Positions 1 through 8,858 of a stretch of 64,000 bases of DNA are shown piece after piece. The position numbers were made by a program, and so were the translations under genes. This DNA comes from Nitrospinota bacterium (GTDB taxonomy: Bacteria > UBA8248). The notes beneath the pieces were generated by a model. It had not been told where the DNA came from, did no database searches, and worked only from the letters and a program-made list of their open reading frames with translations. The stretch is from the NCBI GenBank assembly GCA_030754595.1, contig JASLZZ010000109.1:1-64000 (forward strand), read 5' to 3'. Each line of letters starts with the position of its first letter. Position 1 is the stretch's first letter.

Positions 1-155
1 GCTCGCCTCGATGAGGGCGGGTCTAGCGCCCTGCTCCAGATTTCCGGGCCGGTTAACAGGTATCCCGATTTCGTTCGCTCCATTGTTCAGAGGCTCAAAA
101 CCCTTTGCCCCACCATGGGAACGGTCCGAATCGCCGACACCCTCTGCGGGGCGGG
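1..155 (+). pseudogene. Truncated fragment of a diverged copy of the neighbouring transposase, cut off by the IS left end
   Basis: Frame 1 reads ARLDEGGSSALLQISGPVNRYPDFVRSIVQRLKTLCPTMGTVRIADTLCGAG, matching the segment at ~643-797 of the intact transposase; similarity stops at the inverted repeat at 156. Confidence 0.85.
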
Positions 156-1788
156 TGTCCTGGTCCAGCGAATTTGTGGCGGGGTCGTCTGGCCAGAATC
201 TCTTGAATATCCAGCATTTATGCTAGCCTCCGAAATCCAGTAGTCGGGACTATTTTCGGAGGCCATTATGCCCGTGAAACAAACTCACCCTCGAATTCCC
301 CTCCCCAGGAACTGGCACCATCATGTGAAGTCAGCGGTCCTGCATACGATCTCCCTGGCCCATTTCTCTATCGTCCATGCCCGAGGAATGGCTGCTGGCC
401 ACAAACGCCGCCGCGAGCGGCTGACGGCGCAGAACGAGCGCCTGAGAGAGGAGCGCGCGCTTCTTCAAGAAGAGATCCGCATCAAGGACGCCAGGATGGA
501 TCGCATCACTCCCCATCGCCGGCCCCGTTATGATCCCTGCGAGAGAATGGCCATTCTCGAGTTGCGTGCCGCCCAGGGCTGGTCGCTAAAGCAGGCTGCG
601 GACACCTTCCGGGTCGCGGCGGCTACCATTGCTTCCTGGTCGGCCCGCCTCGATGAGGGCGGACAGGCCGCGCTGCTTCAGCTTTCCGGGCCGGTCAACA
701 GGTATCCCAATTTCGTGCGCTACCTTGTTCAGCGGCTCAAGACCCTGTGCCCCACCATGGGAAAGGTACGAATCGCCGACACCCTTTGCAGGGCGGGGCT
801 GCACCTGGGAGCGACGACCGTTGGGCGAATCCTCAAAGAAGAGAGAATTCCGGATCCAGGAGATGATGAAGATCCTCCCGGCCATGTGGTTACGGCCAGG
901 GTGCCGAATCACATCTGGCATGTGGATCTCACTGTGGTACCAACTTCTTCTGGATTCTGGACGTCATGGTCTCCGTTTTCGCTTCCGCAGCACTGGCCAT
1001 TCTGCTGGTGGGTGGGGGTCGTGCTGGATCACTGCTCCCGGAGCGTCCTGGCTATCGGGGTATTCAAGGAGAACCCCTCCTCCGCTGCAATGCAATCCCT
1101 TTTGAGCCGAACGATCAAAAAAGAGAGTGCCAAACCAAAATACCTGATCTGCGACAAGGGCAAGCAGTTCTGGTGCGAGAGTTTCAAGGACTGGTGCAGG
1201 CAAAAAGAAATTCGGCCTCGCTTTGGCGCCGTGGGGAAAAAGGGAAGCATTGCAGTTATCGAGCGTTTCATCGGAAGCCTGAAAAGCGAGTGCATGGACG
1301 TGATTCTGGTGCCAATCCGGGAGGAGACATTCCGCCGTGAGCTGGCATTCTTCTCGGACTGGTACAACCGGCACAGACCGCACTCCGCCCTTTGTGGCCT
1401 AACCCCCGATGAGATCCATGGCGGAATGAAACCGGCGCGTCAGCACTCCAGATTTGTGCCGAGGGCAAGATGGCCGGCTGGTGCCTCTTCCAAAGCACCC
1501 GCTTCAGGAGAGCGCGGCGCCACCTTTCGACTGAAAGTCAGCCATCACTCGGGAAGACGGCACCTTCCGATTGTCACCCTGAAGCGAGCTGCATAGTAAA
1601 TGAATTAAGAACTGTCGTAATCGGCTCGCTACGGGTGCGTTTGCTCGGTGCTGGGATTGTTTTTCCCCGTGCCAGATCTAGAGCATTCTGTTCAAGTCGA
1701 TCCGTTTTGCCGAAAAAGAAAATGATTCTCGGTTTTTGAGTGAGAATCTTCGAGCAATTTGAAGATTAAAATTCGCTGGACCAGGACA
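156..1788 (+). mobile_element. Insertion sequence (~1.63 kb) with perfect 20-bp terminal inverted repeats and TGT...ACA ends (IS481/IS3-like DDE)
   Basis: TGTCCTGGTCCAGCGAATTT at 156-175 and its exact reverse complement at 1769-1788 enclose a single transposase ORF; no clear target-site duplication. Confidence 0.9.
268..1596 (+). CDS. DDE transposase/integrase (HTH plus rve integrase core)
   Basis: Motifs WHVDLT, VVLDHCSR, LICDKG, IERFIGSLKSE, YNRHRPHSAL. Confidence 0.9.
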   Translation: MPVKQTHPRIPLPRNWHHHVKSAVLHTISLAHFSIVHARGMAAGHKRRRERLTAQNERLREERALLQEEIRIKDARMDRITPHRRPRYDPCERMAILELRAAQGWSLKQAADTFRVAAATIASWSARLDEGGQAALLQLSGPVNRYPNFVRYLVQRLKTLCPTMGKVRIADTLCRAGLHLGATTVGRILKEERIPDPGDDEDPPGHVVTARVPNHIWHVDLTVVPTSSGFWTSWSPFSLPQHWPFCWWVGVVLDHCSRSVLAIGVFKENPSSAAMQSLLSRTIKKESAKPKYLICDKGKQFWCESFKDWCRQKEIRPRFGAVGKKGSIAVIERFIGSLKSECMDVILVPIREETFRRELAFFSDWYNRHRPHSALCGLTPDEIHGGMKPARQHSRFVPRARWPAGASSKAPASGERGATFRLKVSHHSGRRHLPIVTLKRAA

Positions 1789-1923
1789 GGCTTCTGGGAT
1801 CAAATTACCCCTATTCCATGGCCGTAGAGAATTTGGAGTTTACCGGAACAGTGCCCGAAAGACCCCATTTGCCGGGGGAAAAGGGCACAACGTATAGCAG
1901 AGAGAAGGTTCGTGATGACTGTT

Positions 1924-2015
1924 TGGCGGAGAGGGAGGGATTCGAACCCCCGGTACGGTTGCCCGCACAACAGATTTCGAGTCTGCCGCCTTAAACCGGG
2001 CTCGGCCACCTCTCC
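1924..2015 (-). tRNA. tRNA-Ser (anticodon CGA)
   Basis: Reverse complement GGAGAGGTGGCCGAG...GCAGA-CT-CGA-AA-TCTGT, long variable arm, GGTTCGAATCC T-loop, encoded CCA. Confidence 0.95.
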
Positions 2016-2049
2016 GTGGTAAGTGGCCCCCTCGGGGGCCGGATATTGA

Positions 2050-2607
2050 CTAACGTTGCGCTTCCCGGGCCTCGCGGGCGATGCGCCTCCGCTCCCCAAA
2101 GAAACCCCGGAGCAGGGCGGCGCTCTCGTCGGCGAGAATACCTTTTGTGATCGGAATCCTGTGGTTCACCCTGAGGTCGGAGGGAATGTCGAAGAGCGAG
2201 CCGCAGGCCCCGCCCTTGGGGTCGAGCGCCCCGAACACCAGGCGGGCAATCCGGGAATTAACGAGCGCCCCCGCGCACATCGGGCACGGCTCGAGCGTCA
2301 CGTACATAGTCGCGCCGTCCAGGCGCCAGATACCGTCCCGCTCGGCGGCCTCTCGGAGGGCGAGGACCTCGGCATGGGCCGTCGGGTCGCAAGCCGCCTC
2401 GCGCCGATTGTACCCCCGGCCAAGCACCTTCCCCCGGCGGACGATCAACGCGCCCACGGGCACGTCTCCTGCGGCCTCGGCCCGTTCGGCCAGCGCCAGC
2501 GCCTCTGCCATCCAGCGGTGATCCTCGCGCGCCTGATCCAGCGAATGAAGCTCCAAAACTCTCTCCTTATGCCCAAAACAGGCAAAAAACGGCCGGCCAC
2601 GCCGCAC
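2050..2607 (-). CDS. tadA: tRNA adenosine(34) deaminase; true start probably downstream of 2607
   Basis: HAE...TLEPCPMCAGA zinc motif, VPVGALIV, DPKGGACGS. Confidence 0.92.
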   Translation of the reverse strand: MRRGRPFFACFGHKERVLELHSLDQAREDHRWMAEALALAERAEAAGDVPVGALIVRRGKVLGRGYNRREAACDPTAHAEVLALREAAERDGIWRLDGATMYVTLEPCPMCAGALVNSRIARLVFGALDPKGGACGSLFDIPSDLRVNHRIPITKGILADESAALLRGFFGERRRIAREAREAQR

Positions 2608-2781
2608 CGGCGTGCCAATAAACCATGATCGGGCCTCCGGGGCAAGGCGGCCTCCAGCAGGTCACGCCCCGGCCTCCTCCGGTTGACCTCGCGGCGCAAA
2701 ACCTGCGAGGCTGGGGCGTAACCGGACAACTATATTTTCCCCCTCGCGGGCGCAATTTATTTACGCCGAAAGGCTCTGCCA

Positions 2782-3537
2782 ATGCTATGGGAAGAGCTCA
2801 GCTGGCCGAAACATGAAAAAATGGCCGAATCGGGCGCGACGGTGGTCATGCCCTTCGCCGCCATCGAGCAGCACGGACCTCACAACCCGGTCGCGGTCGA
2901 TACCTGCCTGGCCACCTCCGTATGCCAAAAGGCAACCGACGGGCTTGAGAATGTCCTCCTCACCCCGACCATGTGGGCCGGGCTCTCTCCGCATCACATG
3001 GAATTTCCAGGCACCCTGACGTTTTCTCTCGAGACCTACATCTCCGTGATCCAGGATCTTGTACGCTCGGTGGCCCGCCACGGCTATAATAAAGTCCTCC
3101 TCGTCAACGGACACGGCGGCAACGCCGCTTCGCTTCAGGCCGCCGCCCTCTCCCTCAAACACGAACTCGGCATCACCATCTGGATGGTCACCTACTTCCG
3201 CCTCGGCAACAAAATCGCCGGGGAGATTCGCCACGGCGAAATCGGGAGCATGGCCCACAGCGGGGAGTTCGAAACCTCGATGATGCTTCACCTCCGGCCC
3301 GATCTGGTGGAGATGGGCAAAGCCGAAAAACAGGTCTGGAAGCGCCCCCACGCCCTGATGACCCAGGACATGCACAAGGGGGGGCTGCTGAACGCGCCGG
3401 CCGACTTCACCCGGCAGACCAAACCCCTCGGCACCTCGGGCGACCCGACGGTGGCCACCGCCGAAAACGGGGCCAAATTCCACGAAGCGACCGCCGAGCG
3501 GCTCCGCGACATCATCCAGACCCTCGCCGCCCTGTAG
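2782..3537 (+). CDS. Creatininase/creatinine amidohydrolase family protein
   Basis: EQHGPH..D, SPHHMEFPGT, NGHGGN, HSGEFETS motifs. Confidence 0.9.
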   Translation: MLWEELSWPKHEKMAESGATVVMPFAAIEQHGPHNPVAVDTCLATSVCQKATDGLENVLLTPTMWAGLSPHHMEFPGTLTFSLETYISVIQDLVRSVARHGYNKVLLVNGHGGNAASLQAAALSLKHELGITIWMVTYFRLGNKIAGEIRHGEIGSMAHSGEFETSMMLHLRPDLVEMGKAEKQVWKRPHALMTQDMHKGGLLNAPADFTRQTKPLGTSGDPTVATAENGAKFHEATAERLRDIIQTLAAL

Positions 3538-3543
3538 CCCCCA

Positions 3544-4389
3544 ATGGCACGAATCGCCGGAGAGTCGCCCCGAACCGCCCGGCACATCAAGCTCTCGCCC
3601 CCGAGCGTCGCCGACCCCGTCGTCCTTTGCTGCGAGATTTCAGGCGACGGCCCTCCCCTCATCCTCGTTCCGGGGCTGGGGGATACGGTCTGGGTCTGGC
3701 GGCATCTTGTTCCCGTCATTCAGCAGCGCAGCCGCGTCCTCGCCGCCGAACTTCGGGGCCACGGCCGATCCGCCAGCCCCGCCGGCCCCTACACCGCCGG
3801 GGAAATGGCGGGCGATCTGTTCCGCCTCGCGGAGGAGTTGGGCATCTTCCGGCCCACCCTCATCGCCCAGGGCTTCGGAGCCCGGCTCGCTCTGCTCCTC
3901 GCCATCGAGCGGCCTGGGTTCGCGGCGGGCCTTGTCCTCATCGGCGCCGAAACCGGCCCGCCCCAAAGCGCGGCGGCCGCCGAGATGAGAGATCACGCCG
4001 CCCGGGGCGACCTCGGCGCCGCCTACAAGTCGCGAAAAGAGATCATCCCCGCCCCGCGCGGCATGTCGCCCAAGGAGCGCGCCGAGCACCACCGCATTTT
4101 TCTCAGGAACACGCCCACCGGCTACGCCGCCGCCTGCGCCGCGGTGGAGGGCGCTCCCAGCCTGACCGAAAGACTCGGGGAAATCGATTGCCCCGTGCTG
4201 GCGCTGGCGGGGGAGCGCGACAAGGCGCGGCACGCCGACGCCCGGCGGCTGACGGAACTCATCTCCGATTGCTCGGCGGCGATCATCGACGGAGCGGGCC
4301 ATTTCGTTCAGCTCGACGCGCCGGAGTCGTTTCAGGTGGTTCTCGAAGATTTTCTGGGGGAGCACCTCCTGATCGCCCCCAAGAAATAG
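3544..4389 (+). CDS. Alpha/beta-hydrolase fold protein with atypical nucleophile elbow
   Basis: ELRGHGRS, LAGERD, GAGHF; AQGFG in place of GxSxG. Confidence 0.8.
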   Translation: MARIAGESPRTARHIKLSPPSVADPVVLCCEISGDGPPLILVPGLGDTVWVWRHLVPVIQQRSRVLAAELRGHGRSASPAGPYTAGEMAGDLFRLAEELGIFRPTLIAQGFGARLALLLAIERPGFAAGLVLIGAETGPPQSAAAAEMRDHAARGDLGAAYKSRKEIIPAPRGMSPKERAEHHRIFLRNTPTGYAAACAAVEGAPSLTERLGEIDCPVLALAGERDKARHADARRLTELISDCSAAIIDGAGHFVQLDAPESFQVVLEDFLGEHLLIAPKK

Positions 4390-4469
4390 GAGCGGTGGCC
4401 GCCTTCCCTGTTTTTTTTTAGGGGGGGCGCTCCGGCCTCTAGCTCCGACCTCTAAAGGAGACTCGCTTC

Positions 4470-5156
4470 ATGTCACGCCTTATCGATCTAACCGCCCCGC
4501 TGGGGCATCCCGATCTATGCCTCGTGCCGACGTTCCCCGAGGTCGTGTTTTCCAGGTTCCACGAGCACGAAACCCACGGGCGGCAAAACAGCGCCGTCAC
4601 GATGGCGATTCACCAGGGAACCCACCTCGACTCGCCGAACCATTTTTATAAAGACGGCGCGACCATCGACGAGATGCCTCTCGATACGTTTTGCGGGAGG
4701 GCGGTGAAGATCGACACAAGGGCCACCTCGAAGCGCGAGCAGCCGATCACGAAAGCGCACATCGAAGCTTCGCCCGGTTTCGACCCGGAACGGCTCGAGG
4801 GCGCCATCGCCGTTTCGTGGTCGGGCTGGTCTGAAGAAGCGATCTTCACCCCGGACTATTTCGGCCCGAACCCCTACCTCGACGCCGATGCCTGCCACTT
4901 TCTCTGCGACTGCGGCATCAAGGCCCTTTGCATGGATCACGCCATCGATCCCGGCATGCGCCCCGGCGGCACCGCCTCAAAGGGCGACTCCCCCGGCCAC
5001 CGGGCCGTCCTCGGCCGGGGCGTCCCGCTGATCGAGCACGTCATCAACCTCGAAACGTTCGAAGAAACCGAATTCGAGATGTTCGCGTTTCCGATGAAGC
5101 TCTATAAAATCGAGGGCGCACCCGCGCGGGTGGTGGCTAGGGTAGGCTCCGAGTGA
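4470..5156 (+). CDS. Cyclase / kynurenine formamidase-like metal hydrolase
   Basis: HQGTHLDSPNHF (HxGTHxDxPxH) motif; C-terminal GAPARVVA. Confidence 0.9.
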   Translation: MSRLIDLTAPLGHPDLCLVPTFPEVVFSRFHEHETHGRQNSAVTMAIHQGTHLDSPNHFYKDGATIDEMPLDTFCGRAVKIDTRATSKREQPITKAHIEASPGFDPERLEGAIAVSWSGWSEEAIFTPDYFGPNPYLDADACHFLCDCGIKALCMDHAIDPGMRPGGTASKGDSPGHRAVLGRGVPLIEHVINLETFEETEFEMFAFPMKLYKIEGAPARVVARVGSE

Positions 5157-5240
5157 AGAGCGAGTGGCTTTGAGTGAAAAGCGAAAAGCCCTGTACGAAG
5201 AGTGAAGAGCGAGTGGCTTCCCCCGGCCAAGGCGGGTGGC
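5152..5240 (+). repeat. 7-nt-periodic repeat block, left copy
   Basis: AGTGAAG AGCGAGT GGCTTTG AGTGAAA AGCGAAA AGCCCTG TACGAAG AGTGAAG AGCGAGT; 25-mer at 5166-5190 repeated exactly at 6231-6255. Confidence 0.75.
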
Positions 5241-5322
5241 TTCAAGTGATCAGCGTGAAGCCCCGTTCAGAGAGCAACTTTTATACTCAGCAAGAAAAAT
5301 TCATTGTTCATGGAGAATATTC

Positions 5323-6231
5323 ATGCCGGTTACAAAGGTGGACGGATTTTATTTTAATTCAAGCGAAGGAAGTAAAAAGCGGAGGCTCTCCCAGCGGCAC
5401 GCCGATCCCGCCAAGACACCCTGGGCGCCGATGGCCAAACCGCTTGCCGAGTGCAAAGTGACGCTGGTATCGACCGTCGGAATATTCATGAAAGGAGACG
5501 AGTCGTTCGACTATGAACGCGAGCGGCGCGAGTACATCTGGGGAGACCCCACCCACCGCGAGATTCCCCGGGGGGCGGGGCAGAACGACGTCGAATACAG
5601 CCATCTGCACATCGACGCCTCGTTTTTGAAGAAGGACCGAAACGTCGCCTGGCCCGTGGATATTTTCCTCGGCTACGAGAAAGAAGGGAAAATCGGCGCT
5701 TTGGCCGAAACCCTCTACTCCATCATGGGGTACATCCCGAACTTCAATCCGTTGGTGAAGCAGACCGCACCCAAGATGACCGCCAAGATGAAGGATGAAG
5801 GCGTCGAGGCGGCGTTCCTGTTCCCCGTCTGACCGCTCTGCGTGCGGTCCGGGGGACTGCTCCAGCGGGAGATCGAAAAGGCGGGGATTCCCACCGTATC
5901 CATCAGTAATATCCCGGAGACGACCGAGCGGGTCTGCGTCCCTCGAACGGCGTTCATCCAGTATCCCTTTGGACGGCAACTGGGCGAGGTGGATGATCGC
6001 GCGGGCCAGCGCCGGGTCTGCGATGACATGTACGATCTTCTCGAAGGAGCTAAAGCGGCGCCCAGCTACCGCCACCTACCCTACGAATGGCCCGAGCCGA
6101 CCGAGAAGACAAAATGGCAACCGGACACGCCGCCTCCGATTCACTCGTACCGGGCTAAAAACCCTGAAGGCGAGGCGCGCCTCATGAAAGAATACCGGGA
6201 CGATAAGCGAATCGAATATTCTGGGGGATAG
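5323..6231 (+). CDS. Putative selenoprotein, PrdB/GrdB (proline/glycine reductase selenoprotein B)-like, UxxC, 302 aa
   Basis: ORFs 5236-5832 and 5842-6231 are in one frame, joined by TGA 5830-5832: AAFLFPV-U-PLCVRSGGLLQREIEKAGIPTVSI; hairpin GCGGTCC-GGG-GGACTGC 11 nt downstream. Confidence 0.88.
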
Positions 6232-6307
6232 GCTTTGAGTGAAAAGCGAAAAGCCTTTCTCCGCCAAGGAAGGAAGCCTGCACGAAGAGTGAGGAGCGAG
6301 AAGCCTG
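6231..6307 (+). repeat. 7-nt-periodic repeat block, right copy
   Basis: GGCTTTGAGTGAAAAGCGAAAAGCC (6231-6255) and CTGCACGAAGAGTGAGGAGCGAG resemble the 5166-5217 block. Confidence 0.75.
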
Positions 6308-6443
6308 GACAAAAAAATGATGTCGAACATAAGTAATTGTTTTATAATAGGATAATATCGATTCCACGGGATGTTTCGAATATGACAAGCATGATCTGTG
6401 TTATTAACTTGATTAGCAAGATCAGCAAGATATACATTTACAA

Positions 6444-6708
6444 CTGGCAGGCTGAGAGGCTTGGGGTTTATCCCTTATCTGCCAGCCACGCGATCCCGAA
6501 GGGATCATGCTCTGAAAGGGGCTAAAGGGCGCAAAGGAGGTTGATGCGGGTTAAGGGCTTAATGCCCGCTTTTCCTCGCCCGTCGCTCTTTACCCCCGCT
6601 AAGCCGGGGAATGGAATTCGGGCAGTAGGTGAGACTTCCCAGAATTTCGTGGCATAAAGTCTCTCACCCGGAGAAGCGATCCCTCACCCTCTCGCTTCCT
6701 CTTTTTTT
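6444..6708 (+). ncRNA. Candidate structured non-coding RNA, family unknown
   Basis: Several complementary stems found by eye, upstream sigma70-like boxes and a downstream intrinsic terminator; no convincing CDS. Confidence 0.45.
6673..6708 (+). terminator. Rho-independent terminator
   Basis: GAAGCGA (6673-6679) / TCGCTTC (6692-6698) stem followed by T7 at 6702-6708. Confidence 0.65.
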
Positions 6709-6710
6709 GC

Positions 6711-7172
6711 CTAAACCCGGAAATTTCTTTCCTTCCAGGTCCGTACCCTTTCCAAGACCTTGTTTTCAACCACGCAAAAGGCGGTGGTCAGTTTCAACTC
6801 TCCACCTTTCGATCTCATACAGACTACAATAAATCTTTTCCCTGGCACGGGTTTCCAGGGGCTAACGTACATGTATTCATCCTGCCTGGAATATATGGCC
6901 AGAGGATACTCTATGCAGGGCCTGATTAAATTCAATTGCCGGGCTCTTTGTTGGCTGAACTTTCTCTTCCCTTTTTTCGCTTCAGAGGTTGTCAGATGTC
7001 CGAATTTTTATGCGTCAATCTTAATTTTTCATCCTGAAACGTCTGTGATTTCAGACGGAATGTTTTTCTTGAACCATTTCCTGACCTCTTTTGCTTTCCT
7101 TAGGGACAACAGTTCCGGACATTTCTTCTCGGGAAGATGGTTTGGACGAACGGATTTATGATATCTATCCAT
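6711..7172 (-). pseudogene. Disrupted gene resembling PBECR2 (Barnase/EndoU/colicin/RelE-like) nuclease domains
   Basis: One frame from ATG 7172 to TAG 6711 with internal TGA (7029-7031) and TAA (7008-7010); ...FGHLTT..KRKFSQQRARQLNLIRPCIEYP...FIVVC...LTTAF; family recognised by eye only. Confidence 0.55.
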
Positions 7173-7333
7173 TCGATTATTTTATCAGACTTGCAATTTT
7201 CCGCGCATGAAATAAAATTTTCCTCTCCATCGGGTAGATATATCTTTTGATGTCCGGTGGATCAGAACGAAAAAAGTCAGGGATTCGCCCCGGCCTTTTT
7301 GTTGAAATAAATCTCGCCTGAAATCTTACGCGG

Positions 7334-7732
7334 CTACCCCTTTCTATCCAGCGCGATCGAAACCGAGTTGATGCAGTACCTGAGCCCGGTGGGTGTGGGG
7401 CCGTCCGGGAAGACGTGACCGAGGTGCGCGGCGCAGGCGGCGCAGGTGACCTCGACGCGGGTCATGCCGTGGCTCCGATCCTCGATCTCGGTGATGCACT
7501 CCTCCGAGGCCGGCTCCCAGAAGCTGGGCCAGCCGGAACCCGAATCGAACTTGGCGTCCGACCGGTACAACGCTTCCCCGCAGCAGACGCAGATGTAGAC
7601 GCCCTCGTCCTTGCAGTCGTTGTACTTTCCCGAGTGGGGGAGCTCGGTCCCGCCCATACGCGCGACGGCGTATTGCTCGGGGGTGAGCTGGGCCCGCCAC
7701 TCCTCTTCGATCTTGGTTATTTTCGGAGGCAT
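7334..7732 (-). CDS. msrB: Peptide methionine-R-sulfoxide reductase (Cys form)
   Basis: [29 protein letters not shown], two CxxC zinc pairs. Confidence 0.95.
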   Translation of the reverse strand: MPPKITKIEEEWRAQLTPEQYAVARMGGTELPHSGKYNDCKDEGVYICVCCGEALYRSDAKFDSGSGWPSFWEPASEECITEIEDRSHGMTRVEVTCAACAAHLGHVFPDGPTPTGLRYCINSVSIALDRKG

Positions 7733-7754
7733 GGAGAAGCTCCCTGATAAATGA

Positions 7755-8210
7755 TCACCCATCCTTCAACCGCCGGGTCAGCTCCCGGTCGAGGGCGGAG
7801 GCGAAGCGGTGGGTGTCGAGGGTATCCATCTCCCGGGGGCCGCCCTGGATGAGGCCGCCCGAACGAAGATCGGCCATGAGGTTGCGGGCCGAGAGGCGCT
7901 CGCCGACGTTCTCCTCGTCGAAGACTTCTCCCCTGGGGTCGATGCCCACCGCGCCGGCGCCCACGACGCGGGACGCCAGGGGGACATCGGCGGTGATCAC
8001 CACGTCCCCGGCCGAGACCGCCCCGGCGATATGGTTGTCGGCCGCATCGGAGTTATTGGGCACGACCACGGAGGAAATCCACGGCGAGTCGGGATGGCGC
8101 ATGACCTGGTTCGCGACCACAACGGCCTGGACCTCGAGGCGCTCGGCCGCCCGGAAGACGATATCCTTCACCGCCCTCGGGCAGGCGTCCGCGTCGATCC
8201 AGATTTTCAC
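7755..8210 (-). CDS. YaiI/YqxD (UPF0178) family protein
   Basis: [27 protein letters not shown]. Confidence 0.9.
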   Translation of the reverse strand: MKIWIDADACPRAVKDIVFRAAERLEVQAVVVANQVMRHPDSPWISSVVVPNNSDAADNHIAGAVSAGDVVITADVPLASRVVGAGAVGIDPRGEVFDEENVGERLSARNLMADLRSGGLIQGGPREMDTLDTHRFASALDRELTRRLKDG

Positions 8211-8231
8211 TTTGCCTCCGGCGGCCCGGCG

Positions 8232-8750
8232 CTACTTGTTCGCCGCCGCCATTTTCTTCCGGTGCTTGACGGCCTGGATGACATCCTGCCAGACGAGGCG
8301 GCCAAGCGGGCCCGAGCTATAGACGGAAATATTCACTTTCCCCTCGGGGCCGAGGAGGAAATTCGTCGTATGCAGATAGGGCCTTGGCTTCCCGCTCGCA
8401 TCGGGCTGATAAAGGGCGCCAGTCAGCTCCGAGATCCGGGCCTCGTTCACGCTGTAGCCCACCGGGAAGTTGACCTGGCTCGCTTCGATGCTCTTGAGGG
8501 CTTCGTCTTCGGGGTCGGTGGAAACCGCGATCACCTTGATGCCTTCCGCTTCGAGTTTTTCTCCCGCCCGGGAGAATGCCGCAAGCTGCGCGAGTCAGTA
8601 GGGTCACCAATGGCTGCGGTAAAAAAGGACGACACCCCAAGAACCCCTCAGGTCGTCGGGCAGGACGATTTTCCCACCGCCGACCTTGTCGATCTCGATT
8701 CGGGGAAACGGATCGCCCGTATCGAGTATCAGGTCGTTCACCTTCGGCAT
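8232..8750 (-). CDS. Putative double-selenocysteine peroxiredoxin-like (AhpC/TSA fold) protein, UxxU, 172 aa
   Basis: ATG 8750 with GGAGG RBS; VVLFYRSHW-TGA(8604-8606)-PY-TGA(8595-8597)-LAQLAAF continues in frame into ORF 8232-8534; paralog of the adjacent gene. Confidence 0.85.
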
Positions 8751-8858
8751 GATTGATTCCTCCAAGAAAACGGATAACCGCCAGAGCCCTTATTTTACAC
8801 GCAAAAGGGTCGGGAGCGTGAAGCCCCCGGCCCCTGTTACAAGCAGCGTGCGCGGCTG

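Noticed and set aside
1924..2015. tRNA with a long variable arm as possible tRNA-Sec
   Set aside because: Anticodon is CGA (Ser), not TCA, and the acceptor stem is canonical
5152..6307. Repeats as a CRISPR array
   Set aside because: Only two copies ~1 kb apart, no regular spacers, no cas genes
6760..7161. 133-aa plus-strand ORF
   Set aside because: Phe-rich antisense shadow of the disrupted minus-strand gene
7334..7732. MsrB as an additional selenoprotein
   Set aside because: The catalytic position is TGC (RYCINS) and the frame is uninterrupted
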